DNA of 63,698 nucleotides, filler included, from Octopus bimaculoides (taxonomy: Eukaryota), in NCBI RefSeq assembly GCF_001194135.2. It is 5 parts of 5 records of this genome, joined end to end, with 100 filler letters (N's around TTAATTAATTAA, not from the genome) between each part and the next. Parts side by side here need not be neighbours in the genome. Positions count along the whole stretch, not along the records: positions 9,443 to 30,744 come from NC_068983.1; positions 30,845 to 44,087 come from NC_068982.1; 3 more parts are not named here. One strand, given 5' to 3'. Positions 25,021 to 36,337 of this stretch are shown in pieces; positions within the stretch are counted from its first letter, which is position 1; the number at the start of each line of letters is the position of its first letter. Position numbers and translations under genes: made by a program. Below the pieces are notes generated by a model. That model worked only from the letters and a program-made list of their open reading frames with translations, did no database searches and was not told the origin of the DNA.

Positions 25021-28000
25021 ACTCCTCGCTTGCTGTAGGAAGGTTGGTCTCTCTTGTCAGTCAATAGATAAGTGCTAAGAGCTGTTTTGACTTATTTCTA
25101 GCAATGCTGGTACTGATTTGCACACTAAGTCACTTTAGTGATGTCTGTCTTTTTACCTTTTGGTTTTTAAATTGCCGATAGCCACCTTAATATCTTATAT
25201 ATATATATGTGTGTGTGTGTGTGTCCATTGCTTGAGAACCGGTGTTTGTGTCCTCGTAACATAGAGGTTCGGCAGAAGGAACCGATAGAATAAGTACCAA
25301 GCTTAAGAAAATAAATACTGGAGTCGATTCGTTCGACTAAAACTCTTGAAGACGGTGCCCTAGCATGGACGTAGTCCAAAGACTGAAACAAGTAAAAGAC
25401 AAAAAGATATTGAAAGTGAAACGTAAACAAATCATTCGGCACAAGTAGGTAGTAATCGCCAATAAAGTCACGACTCGTAAAATAAGGTTTATTAAAATTT
25501 TTTTTTAACTGAAACACAATTAGTCATAGATACATACGTATAATTATACAAGCACAAAACATACATATACGCGCGCGCACACACACATACACGCATAGAT
25601 TATAAGTATATAATATATATAGATGTGTGTGTATACACACACCCAACAACGTCTGGTTTGCCGAACAAGTTCGCATTTGGTCATGACTGACTTTTATCGC
25701 ATCCACCCCTCTCTTCACAGAGCCAATGACATTTTTGTTGTGTCAATAGCAACTGAAATTAAAAATTACATTTAATTAAACAAGATAGTGTTCGTATCTC
25801 TCTTTCTCTGTATGTGCAACTACGTGTATTTTATATGATCTGGACTTATTCTTCTAACTTAAACTACTTGAAGAAACTTTATAAAACAACCGAGGGCTAA
25901 AACGGCATTCTCTTATCTATAACGTTTTGAACTACATACACACCTACGCAGTGGATATACTAAATACAAAACACCTTCAATCTGTTTTAAATGATATAGG
26001 GACAATCGTACACATTACAAAATGTCCCAAGTAACTGAATGGACACCTCTGACCCTTCTACACGATTCTTATGGTAAACACTGCAATTTTCATTCTCTCT
26101 TTTTTTATTTTGTTGATTTATACGAGACACAATATAAGTAAGCTAACGTTATTCCACAGTCCGCTGGGAAGCTTTTGCATGGTCGTTTATTTCGCTAGAA
26201 ATATCAGTCGAATCACTCTACTGTCTTAAGAAAAGGATAATATTGGCTAATGTTGCCAAGTGTACATTATGCATGAAATATAGAATAAAATAAGGCGAGG
26301 TGGTCATGACTGAGATATCTGTAATCGTAGGGTTTATCATTACATTGTTGAATTATTTAAACTTGGTAAAAATTCGATCTGTCAACCCTTCCACGTCGAT
26401 AAGAAACTTTCCCGCCTGAACGACTGAGTCAAACATGTATTATGTTTACATTTTTGCCCCCTTTTTCCTTTCAATAAATAGATCAGTCATTAAGCAAGCT
26501 CTTTTTATTATTATTATTAATTTTTAAGCTAGAGCTACACAACAATAATGGTTTTGTTTTCATGGTATAGTGACTTGAATCAACTTCCATGTATATGCTA
26601 CTTGTAGTTGTCAATTGGCAATCTTTGAATTAAGCAGCGTAATTCTAAAAGAAGGGAGTGTCAAAAATAACTTTTTTTCTTGCATTACCGAAGCAAATAA
26701 TTAATACTTCAAAATAGGGGAAATCGTGCGCTAACCTCTAACTTTAATTTTTAGTTTTCAGATTTCTAAGTTTTGAACATAGGAGATACCGAAAATTAAA
26801 ATCATTTTATCCGTTTTGCGACAATACAAGCTTTATAAGCCAGCTAAATGCTTTTAACGATGCTGTTGAAAATTGAAAACACAATATGTACAAATAATAA
26901 TTGTTTAAAATATTTGCTCACCGCCAATAATGTGAATGGGAGGGTTCATCGACCCCAGTATTTATTTGGGTGAACTTTCAGAATAGCTGTCACAAATAAA
27001 ATATTCGGCATGGGATGGGCTTAGTATTTTTCGTCCCTTTATAATAATATCTTACATACTAATTTGCATGAAGAAGGAAAAAAAAAAATCCATGTATTTT
27101 CAAACTTCGTAACTACACCATTTAATTGAATTTTAGAGGTATTTTTCGTAATTTTATACACGTAATTCGACATAAAAAGGAAAAAATGCAAACATTCGTG
27201 TTTTTCAAATTTTGTGCCACCTGCTCTCTCCATCGTTCGTATCCCCATGCAGCACAAGAATTAGATACATTTATTAAGCTACTCGTGTTTGCTGGACCTG
27301 TTAAAAATAGCAAACTTGCAAATTACACAGGCGTGGCCGTATGGTTAAGAACAGGGTCCGATGGAACTATTCAAGCGGTCGATAAATGCATATCTACTTT
27401 ATAATAATAATAATAATTATTATTATTATTGTTGTTGTTGTTATTTATTTACGTAATAGTTAAGAGCGCGGGCTACTAAGCCCAAGATTGTGAGTTCAAT
27501 TCCAGGCAGTACCTTGAATAAATATTAATAATAATAATAATAAGGCATAACTATAGAGTTCTACCCCCCCCCCNNNNNNNNNNNNNNNNNNNNNNNNNNN
27601 NNNNNNNNNNNNNNNNNNNNNNNNNNNNNNNNNNNNNNNNNNNNNNNNNNNNNNNNNNNNNNNNNNNNNNNNNNNNNNNNNNNNNNNNNNNNNNNNNNNN
27701 NNNNNNNNNNNNNNNNNNNNNNNNNNNNNNNNNNNNNNNNNNNNNNNNNNNNNNNNNNNNNNNNNNNNNNNNNNNNNNNNNNNNNNNNNNNNNNNNNNNN
27801 NNNNNNNNNNNNNNNNNNNNNNNNNNNNNNNNNNNNNNNNNNNNNNNNNNNNNNNNNNNNNNNNNNNNNNNNNNNNNNNNNNNNNNNNNNNNNNNNNNNN
27901 NNNNNNNNNNNNNNNNNNNNNNNNNNNNNNNNNNNNNNNNNNNNNNNNNNNNNNNNNNNNNNNNNNNNNNNNNNNNNNNNNNNNNNNNNNNNNNNNNNNN

Positions 28001-28626
28001 NNNNNNNNNNNNNNNNNNNNNNNNNNNNNNNNNNNNNNNNNNNNNNNNNNNNNNNNNNNNNNNNNNNNNNNNNNNNNNNNNNNNNNNNNNNNNNNNNNNN
28101 NNNNNNNNNNNNNNNNNNNNNNNNNNNNNNNNNNNNNNNNNNNNNNNNNNNNNNNNNNNNNNNNNNNNNNNNNNNNNNNNNNNNNNNNNNNNNNNNNNNN
28201 NNNNNNNNNNNNNNNNNNNNNNNNNNNNNNNNNNNNNNNNNNNNNNNNNNNNNNNNNNNNNNNNNNNNNNNNNNNNNNNNNNNNNNNNNNNAAAATATTA
28301 ATTTTCATGGAAGTTAAGAATTTAAATGGACTCTGTTGGAATTTTCGAAAATTGTCCCCCACCCCCATTCCAAAACACTTACACCGGAAATTTTTGTATA
28401 TTCGGGATCTACATAATAAATACAATATGCATAGAAAATTTCATTAAAAAATATTCATTTTTCTGAAAGTTATGACCTTCCAAAGTCTGGTGGGTAGAAC
28501 TCTGTAGTTATGCCTTGTTAAGGTGTATGTGTGTCTGAGTGTATTTGTGTACGTTCTGGTCAAACTCTGCCAGATTCTCAGGTATTGGTGTCGAGAAAGC
28601 CGAATTTGGCGAACTGGCAATTATAG

Positions 28627-29120
28627 TCACAATGGGGCACATAGGTATGATAGGATGCACTTCTTTTCATGTAGGTAAGGATTGAAAATTCCACTTTGGC
28701 TGTTCAGAAAGATGCCTGGGTGCTGAGATTTCTTTAATATGGCTTTTTTCCTGGCTAAACATAATCTGCACTTCTTGCTACTATTGAAGTAAGCTTTGCA
28801 TTTTTCCAATATCCTCTACTTTGTTGTATTCTAGGATGCTTTCTTTCAATAGGCATATGTATTTGGCCAGAGTTGTGGCATTTCATCTCTCCAGGAAGTT
28901 GAAGGAAGACTCGTGGTTGCTGTATCAGGTTGAAGGGCCCTTTAGTTGCTCTCACATACTTTCACACATTAGGTTGCCCATTTGGTCCACTTGCTATTAC
29001 CTCTGTCTCATACACAGCAGTTTCCATATTACAGTGGCCTTTAAGTGGACATGCTGTGTTGCTCCTACATGAGCATCCTGGTTCTGTCTCGGGTGTAGTC
29101 TTACCTACTAATATTTTTTT
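28627..29120 (-). mobile_element. Penelope-like retroelement relic, GIY-YIG endonuclease region (stops and frameshifts)
   Basis: Stitched frames give GCSCRSNTACPLKGHCNMETAVYETEV..YV.ATKGPF / YSNHESSFNF..NATTLAKYICLLKE / KCKAYFNSSKKCRLCLARK..LNSQSGIFNPYLHEKKCIL. This follows the typical PLE pattern CNCR..CPL.G.C...VY...YIG.T...F..RY.NH.SSF....T.L.KYIW.LK...KA.Y...S.RC.LC. Confidence 0.85.
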
Positions 29121-29179
29121 ACAGTGGATGTTGGAAGGACAAACATAGACACACAAACATATTCACACACATACATATA

Positions 29180-29345
29180 TACAACAGGCTTCTTTCAGTT
29201 TCCGTCTACCAAATCCACTCACAAGGCTTTGGTCGGCTCGAGGCTATAGTAGTAGACACTTGCCCAAGGTGCCACACAATGGGAATGAACCCGGAACCAT
29301 GTGGTTGGTAAGCAAGCTACTTACCACACAGCCACTCCTGCACCT
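29180..29345 (-). mobile_element. SINE B1 copy
   Basis: Matches B1 consensus. Confidence 0.85.
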
Positions 29346-29363
29346 GTAACATTTAAAATGATG

Positions 29364-29400
29364 TGCCCCAGGTGAGGATCGAACTCACGACTTTCAGATT
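29364..29400 (-). pseudogene. 3' half of elongator tRNA-Met(CAU), broken at the anticodon loop
   Basis: Minus strand AATCTGAAAGTCGTGAGTTCGATCCTCACCTGGGGCA: T-arm GTGAG/CTCAC, GTTCGATC B-box, acceptor 3' strand. A TTTT terminator follows 5 nt downstream. The 5' half is not seen; (TA)n and a gap take its place. Confidence 0.7.
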
Positions 29401-30551
29401 CCTCATATATATATATATATATATANNNNNNNNNNNNNNNNNNNNNNNNNNNNNNNNNNNNNNNNNNNNNNNNNNNNNNNNNNNNNNNNNNNNNNNNNNN
29501 NNNNNNNNNNNNNNNNNNNNNNNNNNNNNNNNNNNNNNNNNNNNNNNNNNNNNNNNNNNNNNNNNNNNNNNNNNNNNNNNNNNNNNNNNNNNNNNNNNNN
29601 NNNNNNNNNNNNNNNNNNNNNNNNNNNNNNNNNNNNNNNNNNNNNNNNNNNNNNNNNNNNNNNNNNNNNNNNNNNNNNNNNNNNNNNNNNNNNNNNNNNN
29701 NNNNNNNNNNNNNNNNNNNNNNNNNNNNNNNNNNNCTGGGAGGGTACCCAATTATTGCTACACTAGTGCTATACTAGGTGCAATCAATGGGAGCGGGTAA
29801 AAGTGGAGGTTTTACCCAAAATTTGTGTAACAATTAGAAAATCGAGGATAATATGCTGAACCCAACTACTTGCAGACGGTGTATCCCGTTGAATTCATTA
29901 ATTTAATTCATAGCAAAAGTGACAAAAAAAGGAAGAAGAGAAAAAGAAAGAAAGAACCAAAGCACAGGTGTCTATGGCAGACTATGTTATTTTGCCAACA
30001 TGGTTTACATATAGAAGTACAAAGTACATAAGGAATTAGAGGATGGATATTTAGCATCATCATTTAGTATCCATTTTCCATGTTGGCATGGGTTAGACAG
30101 AGCTGGTGAGCTGTACCAGGCTCTAGTCTTATTTGACTTGGTTTATATGGCTGGATGCCCTTCCTAATGTCAACCACTCCAGCAGTGTAGTGTGTGCTTT
30201 TTATGTGTCACCGACATGAGTATCTTTCGCATGTCGCCAGTATGGGTGCTCTTTACATCTCACTGGCTCTGGTGATGACTACAATTTCACTTGGCTTTAT
30301 GTGACTTCTCGAACAATGCCAATCTCAGCCTATAACAATGTAGCTCAGTCCATTCAGTGGTCAGGATGAAAAGAAGGAGACAATATGTCCATTTTGCAAA
30401 TTTGTGATGGGTGGGAGTTACTTAAAAAAAATATCTCACAATCTTCTTCCATTCCATTATTTCACAAAGGTTAACAAACATAGCTCTTCCAAGAATTTTC
30501 ATCACTTTTTTTCCAGGAACTGCTCATCTTGTGAAAAGATGAATAACAATA

Positions 30552-30713
30552 GGTGCAGGAGTAGCTGTGTGGTAAGTAGCTTGCTTACCAACCACATGGT
30601 TCTGGGTTCAGTCCCACTGAGTGGCACCTTGGGCAAGTGTCTTCTACTATAGCCTTGGGCCGACCAAAGCCTTGTGAGTGGACTTGGTAGACGGAAACTG
30701 AAAGAAGCCCGTC

Positions 30714-30717
<4 letters not shown>
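30552..30717 (+). mobile_element. SINE B1 copy
   Basis: GGTGCAGGAGTAGCTGTGTGGTAAG...GAAAGAAGCCCGTCG + (TA)n. Confidence 0.85.
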
Positions 30718-30744
<27 letters not shown>

Positions 30745-30844
30745 NNNNNNNNNNNNNNNNNNNNNNNNNNNNNNNNNNNNNNNNNNNNTTAATTAATTAA
30801 NNNNNNNNNNNNNNNNNNNNNNNNNNNNNNNNNNNNNNNNNNNN
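30745..30844. other. Artificial scaffold linker 2
   Basis: 44N + TTAATTAATTAA (30789-30800) + 44N. Confidence 0.95.
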
Positions 30845-31068
30845 GACAAGTTTTTGTGTCGCTTGTGACAATCTTCTAAGATCATCTTATTGATGAGTAG
30901 CTGATCTTTACAACCATAAGATCCACGTTTACATCCCTTTTGCTCATTAGGGAATATGTTACTTTCTATTAAAAAACTATAGGTGTACTCGGTTAGGACA
31001 GATGTTAGTGTCTTATACATTGTTGTTAAGCAGGTTATGGGGCGATAATTTTTTGGTTCGTTTGTTTC

Positions 31069-31071
<3 letters not shown>
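30845..31071 (-). mobile_element. R4/Dong-clade non-LTR retrotransposon RT fragment
   Basis: Open frame EPKNYRPITCLTTMYKTLTSVLTEYTYSFLIESNIFPNEQKGCKRGSYGCKDQLLINKMILEDCHKRHKNL. The NYRPITCL / EQKGC..GS.GCKDQLLI motifs are typical of R4/Dong RTs. It is cut by linker 2 and abuts (ATT)n at 31072-31121. Confidence 0.8.
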
Positions 31072-31123
<52 letters not shown>

Positions 31124-31174
31124 GTTTGATTTTTGCTTTGTATTTGTACAAGTTGGCTCCAAGTCTCACCCAGG

Positions 31175-31347
31175 GGCCTCAAGAGACAACAAAATATTTT
31201 AACAATTTTTTTTTATATATAATCTCTAATGATATTTAAATCGTAAAATATAATACGATTTTTTACACATTGAATGGCAAAGAGGGTCCATCAAAATAAA
31301 ATAGGAATCAAAGAGGTCCACAGGACAAAAATGGTTGAGAAACACTG
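31175..31347 (+). mobile_element. hAT-type MITE 3' half
   Basis: Ends ...GGTCCAC..AAAAATGGTTGAGAAACACTG, the reverse complement of a CAGTG(G/T)TTCTCAACC hAT terminus. Confidence 0.4.
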
Positions 31348-33827
31348 TATTAAATGAAAGAATACTCACAGACTATATAAAATGAAGCTCTTTAGTTTCC
31401 AATTTGAAGTCTGAACTAGACAGAAATTCCCTGATGCCTGGTAACAATGGTTTCCATATTTTGGGATCAGAGTATTCTATACAACATTTCCAATAACTTT
31501 CACTGATTGGTATTGAGTAAAGCTTGAAGCAGTTTCTAGTTATAGATTAGAAGAGTTCAATCAAGTAAGCAGAAGCTAATGAGTTACTACTTTAGTAAAT
31601 TTGGGTGATTAACACTGTATCAAGCTTTCTTCTTCATGTTAGTTAAGTTCACTGAAACTGATATTTATTTTATTATTGCTAGCTTTTTCCAGAAGTAGAA
31701 TTATTCTTCCAAGTTCAAATGTGTTATATTCATAGCTAATTGAAAACTGTTTTATATTTTATTGAAATGACAAGAGTGCAATCAGATGATCTGGTGCATT
31801 AACTCTAAACTTGTTAGAGTATGTATCAAGTTCGCTGCTCTTATTCCTGTGTTAACTTAACTGATTGCTTCCTATAATTGCTTATGGAAAATGTTTCATT
31901 ACTGTAAACTCATTTTAACTTAAATCTTAAAGAATATTTGGCTTTGTGTTTATTATTTTAAATGTTTATCTCAGAAAACTAACTGTTGTCCTGTTTCAAG
32001 CATCTGGCCTTTTTAATATAATCATAATAGGATGATGATGGATGCATGCATGGCTCAGTGGTCAAGAAATTTGCTTCCCAACTACATAGTTTCAGGTTCA
32101 GTTCTACTGCAAAGACCCTTCAGTATGTGTCTTCTATTATATTCTTTTCCTCTGTGCAGACCAAATCCTTATGAGTGGATTTGGTAGATGCAAAATGAAG
32201 GTGGCCAGTTGTATGTATATGTGTGTCTGTGGATGTACGTGTGTGTGTGTGCATGTGTATGTGTGTGTGTGTGTGCATGCGTGCATGTATGTGTATGTGT
32301 CCCTTTGTAGTAGTTGCAAACAAGTATCACCATCTTACAAGTGATATCATTTACATCTGGCCAATGGAAAATATTATATCTTGCTTGGAAACAAGTGAGG
32401 GTTGGCTACAGGAAGGGTTTCTGGTTATACAAAACCTGCTTCAATGAATTCCATCTGAGCCATACAAACATGAAAAAGTTGATGTTAAGATGATGACAAT
32501 GATAGCAATGACAGTGATGACAACAACATTGATGACAATGATGGTGATCTAGTAGAATGTCAGTGCTAGATGTTTTAGTCTAGCTTATTTACAACCTAAT
32601 TCTTCTATGATCAATAAATATGTACTGATGTGTTTGATTGAAGTTAATTACCTGTATAAAATTGGTATTGAGACTGATCAAAGAAAATTAATATCATAAA
32701 AAAGACTGATCACAGAAGGTGAGAGTCCCTTAAGCTAAAATTGAGATGGTTTTAATTAATAATATTAAACTAATTTGATATTTATTCATAAATATGAAAT
32801 ATGTATATTGACTATTTTGTGATCAATTCTTAGAAATAAACAAAATTCCTGGCAGTTTTGGTGTTAAAGATAACCTGTAAAAATAAAAGGTGTAATTTGA
32901 AAAGTTTTATGCAAAATTCCCAAAATTGTTAGAATTTTGTCAAAATAACAAAGTAATATAAAGGCTGTGTGGTGGTTAAGAAGTTTACTTTTCAAATATA
33001 TGGTATCGGGTTCAGTCTCATTACCTGACACTTTGAGTATGTGCCATTTGGTCAAACAATACCTTGTGAGAGAATTTGACAGAAACTGTGCAGAAACCTG
33101 TCATGTGTGCATATATATATATATATATATATAGTACCACCGGACTGGCTCTCATGCCGGTGGCCCATAAAAATCACCCACTACACTCTCGGAGTGGTTG
33201 GCGTTAGGAAGGGCATCCAGCTGTAGAAACTCTGCTAGATCAGATTGGCGTCTGGTGTAGCCATCTGGTTTGCCACTCCCCAGTCAAATCGTCCAACCCA
33301 TGCTAGCATGGAAAGCGGACGTTAAATGATGATGATGATGATGATTAATATTTCTAAGTCTCTCTAAAGGAAACTATGGCAGCGGTACTGGATATTAATA
33401 GTTGTCGCCAAGCCAACATGGCAGTCCAAAAAATAGGACGAATGCTGCCGTTGATTAGCTCNNNNNNNNNNNNNNNNNNNNNNNNNNNNNNNNNNNNNNN
33501 NNNNNNNNNNNNNNNNNNNNNNNNNNNNNNNNNNNNNNNNNNNNNNNNNNNNNNNNNNNNNNNNNNNNNNNNNNNNNNNNNNNNNNNNNNNNNNNNNNNN
33601 NNNNNNNNNNNNNNNNNNNNNNNNNNNNNNNNNNNNNNNNNNNNNNNNNNNNNNNNNNNNNNNNNNNNNNNNNNNNNNNNNNNNNNNNNNNNNNNNNNNN
33701 NNNNNNNNNNNNNNNNNNNNNNNNNNNNNNNNNNNNNNNNNNNNNNNNNNNNNNNNNNNNNNNNNNNNNNNNNNNNNNNNNNNNNNNNNNNNNNNNNNNN
33801 NNNNNNNNNNNNNNNNNNNNNNNNNNN

Positions 33828-33866
<39 letters not shown>

Positions 33867-33867
33867 T

Positions 33868-34278
33868 TTTATTCTTTTATCTGTTTCAGTAATTTGACTG
33901 TGGCCATGCTGGAGCACCACCTTTAATTGAGCAAATCAACCCCCAGGACTTATCCGTTGTAAGCCTAGTACTTATTCTATTAGTCTCTTTTGCTAAACCA
34001 CTAAGTTACGGAGACATAAACATACCAGCATCGATCGTCAAGCGATGTTGGGGGAAGGGGACAAACACAGACACACAAACATATACACACACATACATAT
34101 ATACAAATATATATACAATGGGCTTCTTTCAGTTTCTGTCTACCAAATCCACTCACAAGGCTTTGGTTGGCCTGATGCTATAGTAGAAGACACTTGCCCA
34201 AGGTGCCACACACTGGGACTGAACCAAGAACCATGTGGTTGGTAAGCAAGCTACTTACCACATAACCACTCCTGCGCC
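33868..34278 (-). mobile_element. Composite SINE family B, full layout: tRNA/CORE-like head (B1) + (TA/CA)n spacer + 3' part (B2)
   Basis: B1 GGAGTGG.TATGTGGTAAGTAGCTTGCTTACCAACCACATGG..CCTTGGGCAAGTG..GAAAGAAGCCC; B2 TTTGTCCCC..TTGACGATCGATGCTGG..GGTGCTCCAGCATGGCC..CAAAT.ACTGAAACA..TAAAAGA. Confidence 0.85.
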
Positions 34279-34367
34279 TATGTATATATATATTGGATAA
34301 TAAAACAAATGGTTTACACCTGGTAGCTTACTGGTAAAGCACAGTCACTTTCATATTGATCGTTATG

Positions 34368-34865
34368 TATTGGGTTGTCCGGAAAGTTTGTGCTGATTTA
34401 TAGTAGCTTACCTTTTGACTTATTTTAGAACATGGTTGAGACCATAAAATAGGATTTGACTACACCTCCATTTAGAGCACAGTTTAAACTATCTTTTCGT
34501 GGAAGAAGATTTATGTTCCTATAACCTGTATTAATTCTGTAGCCCTTTAAAATGGAAGATAAGAAAGTTCATTTCTGGAACTTGATGCTTTTCTTTTTCT
34601 GTAAAGGGAAAAATGCCTCACAAGCAACCAAAGAAATATGCACAGTTTACGATGATGTTTCTTTATCCGAAAGAACTGTACGGAAGTGGTTCGCAAGCTT
34701 CTGAGCTGGAGATTGTAGCCTTATTGATAAAGAGTGATCAGACAGACCATCCACTACAGATGATGACCAAATCAAGTCATTAATTGAGAATAACCCACAT
34801 TGCACAACCCGAAAATTGGCAGAAAGCCTCAACCTATCAAAATCCGTCGTCCATGAGCACCAATA
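34368..34865 (+). mobile_element. Mariner relic (mellifera-subfamily-like): left TIR + N-terminal third of transposase
   Basis: TA + TTGGGTTGTCCGGAAAGTTTGTGCTGATT TIR. From ATG 34552: MEDKKVHFWNLMLFFFCKGKNASQATKEICTVY..ERTVRKWFASF*AGDCSLIDKE*SDRP...RKLAESLNLSKSVVHEH (HTH region, two TGA stops), truncated at 34860. Confidence 0.9.
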
Positions 34866-34959
34866 TATTTATTTACCAGAAAGTTATCAAAGAAGGCGAT
34901 ATTAGCAATAAGATAGTTATATCACACCCAGTGTACACATATCTGAATCTAAGCAGCAA

Positions 34960-35277
34960 AAAGGTTGGTGAGATTTGTGAAAATGGTGTTTAGCTTTTAA
35001 GATATCATCAATATTTGCTTTGGAATTGCTGCATCCAACCAAGAGAATTGCTTTCAAATGTTCGTCAGTCAACTTCATTCAATGTACTGACATCACATTC
35101 TTCATTTTTGAAAATGTTTGCTTACAGATATAAGTTGTTCCAAACACTGGTGCCATACCAGAGGCAAATGAATTCTCATTGCAGGTACTTACACAAAAGA
35201 TACAGTGCAGCAGCAGGCTGGATGAAGTGACCTTGCAGGCCAGATCCAGCTCATGGGCCATAGTTTGGTGACCCCTG
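34960..35277 (-). mobile_element. Internally deleted hAT (Charlie/Buster-like) element: left end + transposase C-terminus
   Basis: The minus strand starts CAGGGGTCACCAAACTATGGCCC (hAT-type end, 35277). It then encodes VFGTTYICKQTFSKMKNVMSVH*MKLTDEHLKAILLVGCSNSKANIDDILKAKHHFHKSH, matching the hATC dimerisation-domain pattern FGTTY.CE..FS.M.......RS.LTD.HL...QFH.SH. Confidence 0.85.
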
Positions 35278-35289
35278 CCCTAAAGGATG

Positions 35290-35520
35290 ACAAAGGAGAC
35301 ATCTGAAGCAGCCATTCTGACTCATCGGGCTCACACTTGCTGATAACCAGCCCTGCCTTGATAGCAGTGAGCAGGAATGTAGTTCAGGGGCCAAGAATGC
35401 CAAAGGTCTCCACTACCACAGACTCAATCACAAATATTTCAGAGAGCTTCTGACACTTTGCCCTTCTCAGTTTGTCAAGCAGCAAAGCCTGGGTTGGTAG
35501 CTAAACATACCAGGTTGCCA
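35290..35520 (-). mobile_element. CRE-like non-LTR element, C-terminal restriction-like endonuclease region relic
   Basis: NLVCLATNPGFAA*QTE / RAKCQKLSEIFVIESVVVETFGILGP*TTFLLTAIKAGLVISKCEPDESEWLLQ resembles the RLE tail K.KY..L...Y.F.P.AVET.G.LGP....FL.......GE.RE..WL.QR.SLA. Confidence 0.7.
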
Positions 35521-35764
35521 CAGGATGGAACAAAAGACATAATCAGTGTAGGTTTGATTATACCCCTGTAACTTGATGGCAGTTCAGCAAAAAATGTGAC
35601 TGATAGAATGATAAACAGGCTTAAAATAAATGCAGGAATCAATTTTATCAATCAAAATATCCTTTATGGCAATGCTCCTGCATGATCACAAGCTAATGAC
35701 TGAAACAAATTAATGAATAAAACAAAAGAATGACAGAGCAGAAATGTATCACTATATTTTGAAA

Positions 35765-36337
35765 TCATCATCATCATCATCATCGTTTAACGTCCGCTTT
35801 CCATGCTAGCATGGGTTGGACGATTTGACTGAGGACTGATGCAACCGGATGGCCACACCAGGCTCCAATCTAATTTGGCAGAGTTTCTACGGCTGGATGC
35901 CCTTCCTAACGCCAACCACTCAGAGAGTGTAGTGTGTGCTTTTACGTGTCACCCGCACGAAAACAGCCACGCTCGAAATGGTGTCTTTTATGTGCCACCC
36001 GCACAAGAGCCAGTCCAGGGGCACTGGCAACGATCTCGCTCGAAAACCCTACAAGGCCAGTCAGGCGGTACTGGCAACGGTCACGCTCAGGATGGTACAT
36101 CTTATGTGCCACCCGCACAAGAGCCAGTCCAGGGGCNNNNNNNNNNNNNNNNNNNNNNNNNNNNNNNNNNNNNNNNNNNNNNNNNNNNNNNNNNNNAACC
36201 CTACAAGGTCAGTCAGGCGGTACTGGCAATGGTCACGTTCAGGATGGTACATCTTATGTGCCACCCGCACATAAGATGTACCATCCTGAGCGTGACCGTT
36301 GCCAGTACCGCCTGACTGGCCTTGTAGGGTTTTCGAG
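35765..36337 (-). mobile_element. Family C element with tandemly duplicated upstream unit and terminal inversion
   Basis: Tail at 35765-35785; a unit of about 120 bp is repeated at 35990-36260 across a small gap; inverted copy at 36267-36337. Confidence 0.8.

Noticed and set aside
28545-28585. Possible hammerhead remnant 3' of the Penelope ORF (minus strand CTGAGA-A-TCTGG..CCAGA-ACGTAC)
   Set aside because: Needs two deletions in the core and has no helix I; too degenerate to call.
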